This document shows, piece by piece, positions 12,031 to 22,955 of a DNA stretch of 64,000 nt; position 1 is the first letter of the stretch; each line of letters begins with the position of its first letter. The notes beneath the pieces were generated by a model. It saw only the letters and a program-made list of their open reading frames with translations, did not search any database and was not told the origin of the DNA. The position numbers were made by a program, and so were the translations under genes. This stretch comes from Octopus sinensis. Its lineage: Eukaryota. The stretch spans positions 21,762,001 through 21,826,000 of the forward strand of contig NC_042999.1 in assembly GCF_006345805.1 (NCBI RefSeq), written 5' to 3'.

Positions 12031-13466
12031 TTTATTTTATTAAATTTGCTATAAAGGCAATGCACAGAGGGAACACTACAACACATGTGGTGACATATAA
12101 CAAAGAAAAAATAAAATAATGAATGAACATGAAAATGCACATGAAGAACAAATTAAAATATGATAATATGAATGATATCTGAAAATGATATTATGAACAG
12201 TTAGCTACTCACCCCACACTGAGTAACACCACTCGCTGTCTCTGGGTCCTGAGTCCTTTTTCTCTTTTCGTCCAATCCTTTTCCCCTTTTCACTGTCACT
12301 TAATGATAACATTCTCTCTGTCATGCATTCATAGCCTCTTTCACCGGGAGGGGGTCTTCTAAATTTTGTGGTGTCTGTTCTTTCTTTTTCATTTTTTCTT
12401 GAGGGGAAATGGGGTGGGTGGGTTTGGTGTCTGCATGGGGAGAGTGGGTCTAAGTGGGCTTGGGTGGGATGGGGTTGGACTGGGGTGCCACATCGTACTC
12501 AGTGTCTTTTCTTTTTTTCCTCTTTCTCCTTTTGCGCTCTGCAACTTTCTATTCTTCATCCTTTTTATCGTTTCCTCCGTATATTTTTTATTCCTCTCTT
12601 TTCTCTTCTGTCTTCGCAACTATATCCTCAGCTATAGTCCTTTGTAGAGGACAGTATGCTCTAATGTGGCCCTTTTGGCCACATTTAAAACAACGTGGTA
12701 CTCTGCCCTCTACACACACCCTCAGCACGATTTCCCCCAGCGTCACAGTCTCTGTCAAGTTCTCGAGTTGAACCTCCTCCGTCTGAATAATTAACTCGAG
12801 CGTCCTTCCTTTCCACCCTCCTTCTTCTGTTTCTGTGGCTTGGAGGACAGCCGCCTTCTCCTCGCTTCCAACAAGGACAGCTGCCGCTACAAAAGCCACT
12901 TCTACATCCGGTGGATTTGCTTCTACCCTCACCTTAGAAGTTTTTCTTCCCAGGTATGTGGGCAGAAGCACTACCTCCTCCGTTTTCACCGCCACACTCG
13001 CCAGCCTCATTGCCTCTTCAGTTGTCCTAAATTGGACGACCATTATTCCATATCTTTTTCCTTTCGTGATATATGTAATCTCTTTAGACTTCTCTCTTAG
13101 CGCCTTTTCTGTATACGCTTCCACCTGCTTAGCCTTATTTCCTTTTAAGGTGATAGTTTTCCTTTCCATCTTCTCCATAACTCCTTTTGGGGGGGATAGC
13201 CTTACGTCCCCTCCCACCTTCTGTAACATCTTGTCTTAATTTTTCAGACCAGCCAAGTCCAACTCCCTTCGTTTCTTCGTGACTTCTGCAAAACTCCTGG
13301 TCTTTTCTAGCACACTGTCCTTCGCTATGACCGCCCTCACGAGCTCCTCCTCTGAAGACAACTCAGACCCGCTAAGGTCCGAGTACATTGTCTTACCATA
13401 GCAACAAAACCGACGTCCGACTCGCACACAAATGACAAACCAAATGCACTATGGGTAACCGGAAGC
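12031..13466 (-). mobile_element. ORF1-only L1/Tx1-like retroelement copy 1 (HAL1-like organisation)
   Basis: 5' motif GCTTCCGGTTACCCATAGTGCA (13466-13445), then ORF1 with a CCHC knuckle, then a 3' UTR ending AATAAAATAAA at 12041-12031. No endonuclease or RT sequence lies in between. Confidence 0.65.
12588..13388 (-). pseudogene. ORF1/gag-like nucleic-acid-binding protein with CCHC zinc knuckle (one in-frame stop)
   Basis: ATG at 13388 (MYSDLSGSELSSEEE). The TAA at 13238-13236 is in frame with the 12588-13229 ORF. CFKCGQKGHIRAYC is a CX2CX4HX4C knuckle. A Lys/Glu- and Pro-rich tail continues in another frame to about 12389. Confidence 0.75.
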
Positions 13467-13724
13467 AAAGCTCTACGCCTAGTTCAAATTCCGTCGAGGT
13501 CGACTCAGCCTTTCATCTTTTTACATCGATAAACTGAGTACCTGTCGAACGCTGGCGTTGATGTTATTGATTTACTGCATCTTCAGAAATTACTGGCTAA
13601 ACTGTGAAACTATTATTATCAATTTCTATAATTATTTGTCTAAGCACTGCTAAATGCAAACTCCAAGATCATAATTTAGAGCATCGGAAGCGTAGTGGTG
13701 TTCTCATTGTAACTTACTCTCAAC

Positions 13725-14102
13725 TTACTCTTTTACTCTTTTACTTGTTTCAGTCATTTGAATGCGGCCATGCCGGAGCACCGCCTTTAGACGAGCAAAT
13801 CGACCCAGGACTTATTCTTTGTAAGCCTAGTACTTATTCTGTCGGTCTCTTTTGCCGAGACGTAAACACACCAGCATCGGTTGTCAAGACATGTTCGGGG
13901 GACAAATACAGACACACAAACGTGTATATATATATATACGACGGGCTTCTTTCAATTTCCGTCTATCAAATTCACTCACGAGGCTTTGGTCGGCCCGAGG
14001 TTATAGTAGAAGATACTTGCCTAAGGTGCCACGCAGTGGGACTGAACCGGGAACCATGTGGTTCGTAAGCAAACTACTTACCAGACAGCCACTCCTACGC
14101 CT
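13725..14102 (-). mobile_element. tRNA-derived SINE family A
   Basis: Reverse complement of the 9333/22422 copies. A short family B fragment precedes it at about 13480-13590. Confidence 0.88.
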
Positions 14103-14596
14103 TGTAGATTTTTTCGAGATATTCGCAATAGCTTTGATTTATTTAGTATACGCTGTTTAGTATATTGTGCTACAATTTGTCTTTTGCGTTTAGTACATTT
14201 TCGGTTGCATTGCAATTCAACTTAATCATTTTGACCGTTTTCCCTTTCCAGTTGCATCTTCTATTTTTCTTATTGCTCTTATTATCATTATTGTTGTTGT
14301 TGTTGTTGTTTGTGTTGTACATGATGTATTTTTGGCTGTTGTATCATCATAAACAACGCCATCATCGTCATTATGCAATACCTGTTGCTTTATTAAAAAT
14401 ATTACGTTACGGACTGTAAATATGAAAGCATTTGCCTGAAGCGCAAATAATATGAACACAGTGCAAAAACGGTACAAAATACTTGTGTTGAATTGTTAGA
14501 GGAGCACAAACCACCAAACCATGAATGTAACTAAGCATGTGCGTGCACACAGACACACTTATTCAGACACCCACAGACTGATATATGTGTGTGTGT

Positions 14597-14636
<40 letters not shown>

Positions 14637-14879
14637 TATGACATAATATATCACGTAATATGATATAATGTAATATAGTATAATACATAAATATGTATGT
14701 GTGTGTATACATGTACATATGTAGAGATGTGGGTGTATGTGTAACTATATGTATATGCAAGCATATATATGTTTGCCTATATATTTTAATAAATATACAT
14801 ATACTATATAGATTATGAACATATATGTATGCGTATGTATGTGAGCATGTTTTTGTATAATGATGTTAACAAATATATG

Positions 14880-14932
<53 letters not shown>

Positions 14933-15040
14933 ATGTATACATACATATATATATATATAAATATTATATATTATACATATATATTATATTATATATATAA
15001 TATAATATAATATGATATATATATATATATATATCATATA

Positions 15041-15811
15041 TGTATGATGGATTGCCGTCAATTCATTCTCTCTTACCTGTTTGTGTCTGCCTTCCAATTG
15101 CTGTTTTTACTGAGATCTCCCTTTTTAGTAGAAGAAATAGCTATAACTCTTTGACTGCTATTTCTAAATTCGGTATGTGGTAAGGCAATTCGTTGCTAAA
15201 CCCTTTATTGCTTAGTATTACTTAAATTTTCCTCGAATGAGGCTTTTACATGCCGAAGACTACTTGGTGTAATTGATAATTATTCCAAATTAATTAATTT
15301 CACCCTTCATTATTACGGATAACCATATTTTATCTCAGTAGATGACCACAGCATCTTGTTTAGGCTACACGCGGGTGGGAAGGGGCTGGTGACACAATCT
15401 TTTCATTCACACATTGAATTTGGTGATACTAGTTGCGGATTCTAGCTCGCTCTGATACTGAGTTGAGTTGGTGCCTTCTAGTATCTCAAAATTCAATATA
15501 TAATCATTTATGATTATAGTATTCTACGCTGAAGAGAAAAGAAGTTTTGGTGAGATAGAATTATTTAATATTTAATTCTTATGCTTTCCTAAAAACTTGA
15601 TTTCGAAACGTACGTCCGTAGATAACTTAAAATTGTATGATGGATTGCCGTCAATTCATTCTCTCTTACCTGTTTGTGTCTGCCTTCCAATTGCTGTTTT
15701 TACTGAGATCTCCCTTTTTAGTAGAAGAAATAGCTATAACTCTTTGACTGCTATTTCTAAATTCGGTATGTGGTAAGGCAATTCGTTGCTAAACCCTTTA
15801 TTGCTTAGTAT
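15041..15811 (+). mobile_element. 593-bp monomer plus identical 178-bp terminal repeat, hammerhead-containing (retrozyme/Penelope pLTR-like)
   Basis: 15041-15218 is identical to 15634-15811. Flanked by (TA)n-rich sequence on both sides. No ORF. A hammerhead motif lies just before the second repeat. Confidence 0.75.
15523..15622 (+). ncRNA. Type I hammerhead ribozyme motif, canonical core
   Basis: Stem I tctacg/cgtaga (6 bp); core CTGAAGA; long stem II closed by GAAA/TTTC with further pairing aagtttt/aaaactt and agaatta/taattct; GAAA; palindromic ACGTACGT helix III; GUC cleavage triplet (cut after 15616). Confidence 0.8.
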
Positions 15812-16748
15812 ATATATATATATATATATACGTACTCACACGAAATATACAAAGAACTGCACGCTCACCACAATGAGAGATTTCTCCCATTTATGGGATG
15901 CTTCGTGTGCATGTTTTTCAGCCTGTTTAGCACACACCCGAGAACTGACTAACGTTCCACTCGTCATGTCGCTCGCTTCAGTTATAATTTTACCCTACGG
16001 CGCAGGCAAAACTGCCTACAGCAATAATTGAAGCAATAACTCTATCGCGCTTGCTATTTCGTACCTTTCATGTTTTCATTTATTTTATCTTTTAGGAATA
16101 TTCTAAATATGCATTTTTTTTTGTCTTCTGTTGTATATGTTTTGTTGTGAGTTTTCTGCTGTATATTTTCGTTTTGTTTTTTATTCATTTACGATCCACA
16201 ATTTCGCGGTTTTTCTCTTGTTTCTCTTACGCAACTACGAACACTAATATAAACACAGAATATTTCACACGTTTTATGCGAGCACAAGGATATTGTCACA
16301 CACACTTATATGTAAATGCATAGTCATATCTGGAGCTTCGCAGATGCGCATATTCATATATTTACAATATACATATACGCCCGCTCATACACTCAGACTC
16401 ATACACACTCGCTCACACACACACACACACACACGCACATGTATATATATATATATAATATATATATATATATATACATAAAACTAGATGAGGATAACAA
16501 TACCGTGGACATTCATATGTAATACTGGCATATTTGAAACAATGACTATATGAAGGAAATAAAAAAAATTGAGGTTTTATATCTGCCTCCTTCGTCTCCC
16601 TCTTTGAATCTTTCTCTTTCTCTCTCTTTCTCTCTCTATCTCTCTCACTCAGTGTATGCATACATCATACATATATACACATACACACACAAATAATTAT
16701 ATAATTATATGCATATACACGTGCATGTACATATGTGTATATATATAT

Positions 16749-16784
<36 letters not shown>

Positions 16785-16851
16785 CTTGTAGTTATAAATT
16801 CTTGTTGCTTACAGATATACATTTATAAATACAGTCATACGCAGATTATAA

Positions 16852-16929
<78 letters not shown>

Positions 16930-18074
16930 CTGTCTGTCTGTGTGTCTGTGTTGTCCCCCCCCCCAACATCACTTGACAGCCGATGCTGGTATGTTTACAT
17001 CTGATTCCATAGTATGTCGAACAATTAAATGCATCTTCCAAAATAAATACTTTTTTCTATATTTACTCCTACGCTTCATTTCGATCGAATTAATCATCAA
17101 TGTACGACATCTAGCCATTGATATCTGCGAACGGTTAGAGATCAAAATAACTGGAATGTAATGCGATGGAAATATCTGTAATAAAGATATTAATTATCTC
17201 ATAGAAATATCTACTTTTCTTAAGATTCCTACGTCCTAGATTTCGAGATTCATAGCTAGGTTGGTGCATATTTAGCAGTCGGATTATGTACCAAGATATA
17301 AAAAAAAAATATGTGTAAGGCATCACTGAGGATTATAGGTGGTGGCAGCTCTGTATTCGCAGACACAGGCATGGCTGTGCAGTTAAGAAGTTCACTAGGT
17401 AACAACTTGGTTTCGGGTTTAATTCCTCTAGATGACATCTTGGATAAGTGTCTTCTAGTATTCCGCCGGATCATTGATTTGTAAATGAATTTGGAAGAGG
17501 GAATCTATTCGAATGCCCATCCAATTCCAAATAAGTTTTGATGTGACTCCATCCTCTACTGTTCACTGTCTCTCCCTCTCGTTTTCTCTCTCTTCCTTTT
17601 TCTAATTCTTCTCCCCTTTCGTTTTTTCTCTCTCATCCTTGCTCTAATTCTTTTTTCACCCCTTCACCGTTGTCTCTCCCGCTCTTTCTCCTACTTCCTC
17701 CTTTACTCTTTCTCTTTGCTCACGCGTAACCTTCGTCCATCTTTCTTTTCCTCACGTGATCATCTTTCTTTTCCTTCAGTTTATCGCACATTCTATCTGT
17801 CTCTTACCAACTTTGACCCTGCACACATCCCAAATTTTATTTTGATTCTCGTGAGCAACTATTTATTCAAAGCCCTCTACTTTCGTTAATTGCTCGAAAT
17901 GTGGAGTAGATAAACAGCCGACAACTGATGAAGGGCCGTTCTTTATGTTACTTGTCTTGTTTTCCATTTGTTTCTCTCGGTCTTCGCATACCCAAATTCG
18001 CCTTCGTATTCATGTTGTTTACGTTTTGTGACGTCCTGTATCCATATATGGATATATATATATATATATATAGA

Positions 18075-18185
18075 CAGTGGGGTGGCGTCATTTGAAGGCT
18101 AAAACAATGCGAAGTGCATTGTGACCAGCGGTGTGTAGCAACATCAGATAGCCTGGTCGGTCACGTTTATCACGGTGATGGTGAT
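18075..18185 (+). mobile_element. Probable retroposon 3' end with a short gtgat-type repeat tail
   Basis: Short GC-richer segment starting abruptly after (TA)n and ending ggtcggtcacgtttatcacggtgatggtgata. Family not identified. Confidence 0.35.
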
Positions 18186-18697
18186 ATAATATATATATGT
18201 AAGTATGTATGTAGATGTGTGTGTGCGCATATATAGATACATATATGTACTACTTACATATATATGTATATATATATATATACAGAGAGCGAGAGAGAGA
18301 GAAAAAGAGAGAGAGAGAGAGAGAAACCGGTACATATTTTTAAAGTCTAGTACTCATTCTATAGATGTATTTTGCCGTATTGCTAGATTACGTATTGCTA
18401 GATTACGGGGACGTACACAAACCAACACCAGTTGTCAAGCGATGATGAGAGACAAACACAAACACAAATATAAACATCCCACCCATACACACATACAAAC
18501 AACACACACACATATATGCTATTATTGCTATTTTCTATTACTTATGTGTATGCAGTAGTCCTAATTTCCTCTGAGTGTCCTAAGTCCATCCTATTAGCTA
18601 GTTTCAGAAAACTGTTATCATATTTCATCAATTCAGTTTTCTATGTAATATTCTGAAGCTGCACTTTATAATTGGGGTCACATGTGTGTTTGTATAT

Positions 18698-18927
18698 ATT
18701 TCTTTACTACCCACAAGGGGCTAAACATAGAGGGGACAGACAAGGACAGACAAAGGGATTAAGTCGATTACATCGATCCCAGTGCGTAACTGGTATTTAA
18801 TTTATCGACCCCGAAAGGATGAAAGGCAAAGTCGACCTCGGCGGAATTTGAACTCATAATGTAACGGCAGACGAAATACGGCCACGCATTTCGCCCGGTG
18901 TGCTAACGTGTCTGCCAGCTTGACGCC
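18698..18927 (-). mobile_element. SINE family B
   Basis: Reverse complement of the 50025-50260 copy. Confidence 0.88.
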
Positions 18928-18957
18928 TTTATATATGTTTTTATATATGTTATCTTA

Positions 18958-19870
18958 TGTGTCCATTAATATGATGCTTATCCAAAAGCCCAATCAATTG
19001 TACATCACAAAGTTTCCCTTTAGAATATATGTGTTTATATATGTTATCTTATTTCTATATATGGTGTTCAATTTTTAATATTAGCCTCATTCTTGTGACA
19101 TACTTTTTTTCTGATTTTTCCAACATTAGTCACGACTAGCTACTTCCGAATATTCATGAGCGTTAATCTGGTTTAATTACATTATATCAGTCTCTGGATA
19201 TGCTATAATATTCTCGACCAACTTAATTCATCTGCCTAATCTTATTGTTATGTTAGCATACTTGTCTAGTTCCATGTGATATTTTTTTTTATCAAGACTC
19301 ACTCTCGGAACAACTTTCATGAGATTCTCCAGCTGGGAATATATATATATATATATGAAATACGGTCTATACAGTTCTTTTAAGTCATTTATATAAAGGA
19401 GGTGTTTTATACTTTATTAGTGGAACGGAACACAACATTAGTCTAGGATGATAATGATTTCGAAATGTGATGGCCATAACATATTGCCACAAGGCATGTT
19501 ATCATGTGCTTTGAATAACTGCAGCTCATCGCTATTTTTTTCTGGTTAATTTCTTTTCAAATTAACGAATCCATGCATGTTTCTTCCCGGTTTCTTGTCG
19601 ATATGCAGATATTAACGTCATGACAATACGAATCAGTTTTCTCGTATATGCTTTTTCTAACCGGGGGGTATGTGATATATTCAGTAATTGCTGTCAACAT
19701 CAACCATCTTTTCAGGAAAAGTTTTTATTGAAGTGACTATTCAACCCATGGTTTTCTATTGCAAACAATAAATCCAGTGTCATTCGTGTAATCCTGAGCT
19801 CTGTGTCCATTAATATGATGCTTATCCAAAAGTCTTAGCAATTGTACATCACAAAGTTTCCCTTTAGAAT
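18958..19870. repeat. 69-bp direct repeat pair 844 bp apart
   Basis: tgtgtccattaatatgatgcttatccaaaag...caattgtacatcacaaagtttccctttagaat at 18958-19026 and 19802-19870, with a few mismatches. Confidence 0.85.
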
Positions 19871-20049
19871 TGTGAGTCGTATTGGTGGGTAGCCCTCGTT
19901 GTTTTTTCGTAAATTTCTTTAAAAACTATAACACTCACAATTTGCCCCTGAGACTGCGAATTTATCGATGCCTTAGTTATTGTGTAAGGAATTTAAAAAA
20001 GAGAGACAATATATATTTGCCGTTAAGTGGTTAAGCTCGTGTGTGTGTA

Positions 20050-20097
<48 letters not shown>

Positions 20098-20350
20098 GTA
20101 TAGATATACACACATATATATGTATACATGTATATGATCATATACATACATGCACACACACACACACACATATATATACATATATATATTTATAAAATAT
20201 TGGAGTTTATTTCACAGGTGATCTAAACGATTAGGTACGATAGGTAAGTGCTGTAATGGATTACTAGGGTTCCAAGTATATAGCCGAGGCTGTAGTTATA
20301 GAACCATTGCAGTTTTCCGATGCAGTGGATATATAATTGTAAAAGAGGAC

Positions 20351-20447
20351 AACAGACGTTAAGGCAAGGGAAACATCTCAAGCCGTACATCTTCCAATAT
20401 TAATTATGTATATGACTTGAGATGTTTGCCTTGCCTTAACGTTTGTT
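20351..20447. repeat. About 40-bp imperfect inverted repeat (hairpin)
   Basis: aacagacgttaaggcaagggaaacatctcaag / cttgagatgtttgccttgccttaacgtttgtt. Confidence 0.85.
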
Positions 20448-20749
20448 ATCCAATTTAACAAATAGAAATGCAAAGAAAATCGTTTCTATGAACGACGTTG
20501 ATGAGATCTCAATGCGCGTCCATCGTTCTTGAGCATTGAACATTTCTATTTAGCCCTGAATGGTTTAATAATGACGTTCTTTCATCGTGTGTTGTCTTGC
20601 GAGGGATTTCTTCCGATCCCTTTTGTATGCGGCACATCAACTGCACAGACACCCCTGCTATCTATGAATTCGGCACACGACAAGACCTGTGAAACTTGTG
20701 CGTTTATTATTCTTCGATTACATCGTTCACTCTACTACATCTAGGACAA

Positions 20750-21395
20750 GAGGAAAGACTGCGCTCCGAAGCTTTTCAAAAAAAATTCAAGTATCCCCCC
20801 CAACCGAACAAGCTTTGGTTTTCCTCAGATGAGAAGACGTTCTGCCAGGATCAGATGATGAACACCCAGAACAGCCGTTGGCTTGTCGTGTCATCAAAAC
20901 ATATACTGAGGATGATAAAACATCAAACAGCCAGACAACAGATCTTATGTCTAGTAACAGACTTTATGTCTGGCAACAGGACTTTGCACGATTTCACACA
21001 AGCAAGAGAACCCAGTCATGGCTGCCAGACATTTTCTGCAACCACATTATCCTTAACCTCTGGCCACTTAAGTCCCCATACTACAACCCCCTTGATTATT
21101 ATTATGTGTGGGGCGCGGTTGATCGAGAGACCAACAAAATTCCTTGTAACACCAAAGATGAACTGAAGGCAAGGATTGTGGCAGCATTCACCAACTTAAA
21201 CAAGGAGATCCTCCAAAAGTGTTGCAGGATATTCCGAATTCGTCCGGAGGCCAATGGCATTTTATTGAATATATTTACTCTTTAGTATTTCAAGATATCT
21301 TTATGTAATTTTGGTTAATAAATCTGATAAAATGAGATGTCAGTGTTATCTTAATTTTTACGTAATTTAGACAACAATTTATTCACCGCACCCTG
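20750..21395 (+). pseudogene. Tc1/mariner DD37D (maT-type) transposase remnant with 3' end
   Basis: KLWFSSDEK and WQQDFARFHTSKRTQSWL...WPLKSPYYNPLDYY, with 37 residues between the second and third D. The element ends caccgcaccctg followed by TA. No 5' TIR found. Confidence 0.85.
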
Positions 21396-22421
21396 TATAT
21401 ACATGTATGTGTGTGTGTATGTGTGTGTGTGTCTGTGTGTGTGTGTATGTGTGTGTGTGTGTGTGTACGCATACAGAAAGGGAGTGAGGGAAAGGAAGAG
21501 AGAGAATAGGGAAACACAAAAGAATTCGTATTATGAATATGTTTTCACATGTATGATTCGTGTTTCTGTCATCCCTTTATATTCCAGTTTTATCGAATTT
21601 TTGTTCTGGCTTGGTATAGTGGAACTTACTACTTTATTTCCGAGTCTGCTTTATCTCCATTATCGAGGAGTCTGCTATGTCGTGATATTTCAGTGCCTTC
21701 CATATTCATAGATTTTATTTCTCTTCTTTTTATTTCCGATAACTCATTGTGTTACCAATATCTGTATTTTTGCAATCATACGACGACGCTCTGTTCTTTC
21801 GCAGGTAAGATGTTATTATTATTCACATACGTAGCTATGTCTAAGAGTGCAGATCTCAACGCGTTATATATTGTTCGGAAAAAAAAAATTATAGTTATTT
21901 CTATGTAATTTGAGTATGGTCCCTTTTTTATAGAGAAATCGATATCGTTTATTCTTTTTAGTAACCGATCGTCATTTCATGCTGATATACGTTGTAGCAA
22001 CAGCATTCATCGACTACTGTCTCTTCGTCATCAAATAATTGGATTACGTTTTTAGAACTTGAAAATTTTAGGGTATCAATTGTTGTAACCTCCCAATTAG
22101 TTGGGCTTTTGTCTATGTTTGGTGATATTGCATGTTTCTTTGCAATTTACTTTCCTTTTTAAAACATTATTCATCTTTATTTATTGTGCTTTCTCTTTGC
22201 GATCCTTTCTATGGATTCCATAGTTATTCAGTATTTACGTTGCTTATACAGAAATTATTCGTTGAGAAATTACTTTCAACTAATCAATTAATCATATTTT
22301 CACCAACACAGCTTTACAGATGCGATTCCCATTTAGTATCTACTTATCCTCAGATTTAATTTCCAGAAGCTTCAAGCATATTTCTCAAATTGTATGAATA
22401 ATAAGCACATAGCTGATTCTA

Positions 22422-22836
22422 GGAGGCGCAGGAGTGGCTGTGTGGTAAGTAGCTTGCTAACCAACCACATGGTTCCGGGTTCAGTCCCACTGCGTGGCAT
22501 CTTGGGCAAGTGTCTTCTGCTATAGCACCGGGCCGACCAATGCCTTGTGAGTGGATTTGGTAGACGGAAACTGAAAGAAGCCTGTCGTATATATGTAAAT
22601 ATATATGTGTGTCTGTGTGTATGTGTTTGTGTGTCTGTGTTTGTCTCCCTAGCATTGCTTGACAACCGATGCTGGTGTGTTTACGTCCCCGTCACTTAGC
22701 GGTTCGGCAAAAGAGACCGATAGAATAAGTACTGGGCTTACAAAGAATAAGTCCCGGGGTCGATTTGCTCGACTAAAGGCGGTGCTCCAGCATGGCCGCA
22801 GTCAAATGACTGAAACAAGTAAAAGAGAAAAGAGAA
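22422..22836 (+). mobile_element. tRNA-derived SINE family A, full length
   Basis: ggaggcgcaggagtggctgtgtggtaagtagc...ggttccgggttcagtccc head and gtaaaaga tail. Confidence 0.9.
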
Positions 22837-22955
22837 TATCTCATTCAATAATGACAAATTTTCAGGAATATTTACTTTGCCAGAATAAAAGAAGAAATAT
22901 TGTTCTCACTCAAAATCACTTTAAATTTACTAGTCAAATACACCACTAACTAAAA

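Noticed and set aside
15229-15265. Second hammerhead-like stretch (cgaatga-GGC...GCC-gaag) in the 593-bp monomer
   Set aside because: The core is too degenerate and there is no stem I.
17875-17950. GAAA and CTGATGA motifs in a repeat shared with about 33715-33780 (minus)
   Set aside because: The order and pairing do not give a consistent type I, II or III fold in both copies.
21795-21815. Strong donor-like site CAG|GTAAGA
   Set aside because: An isolated motif with no identifiable upstream exon.
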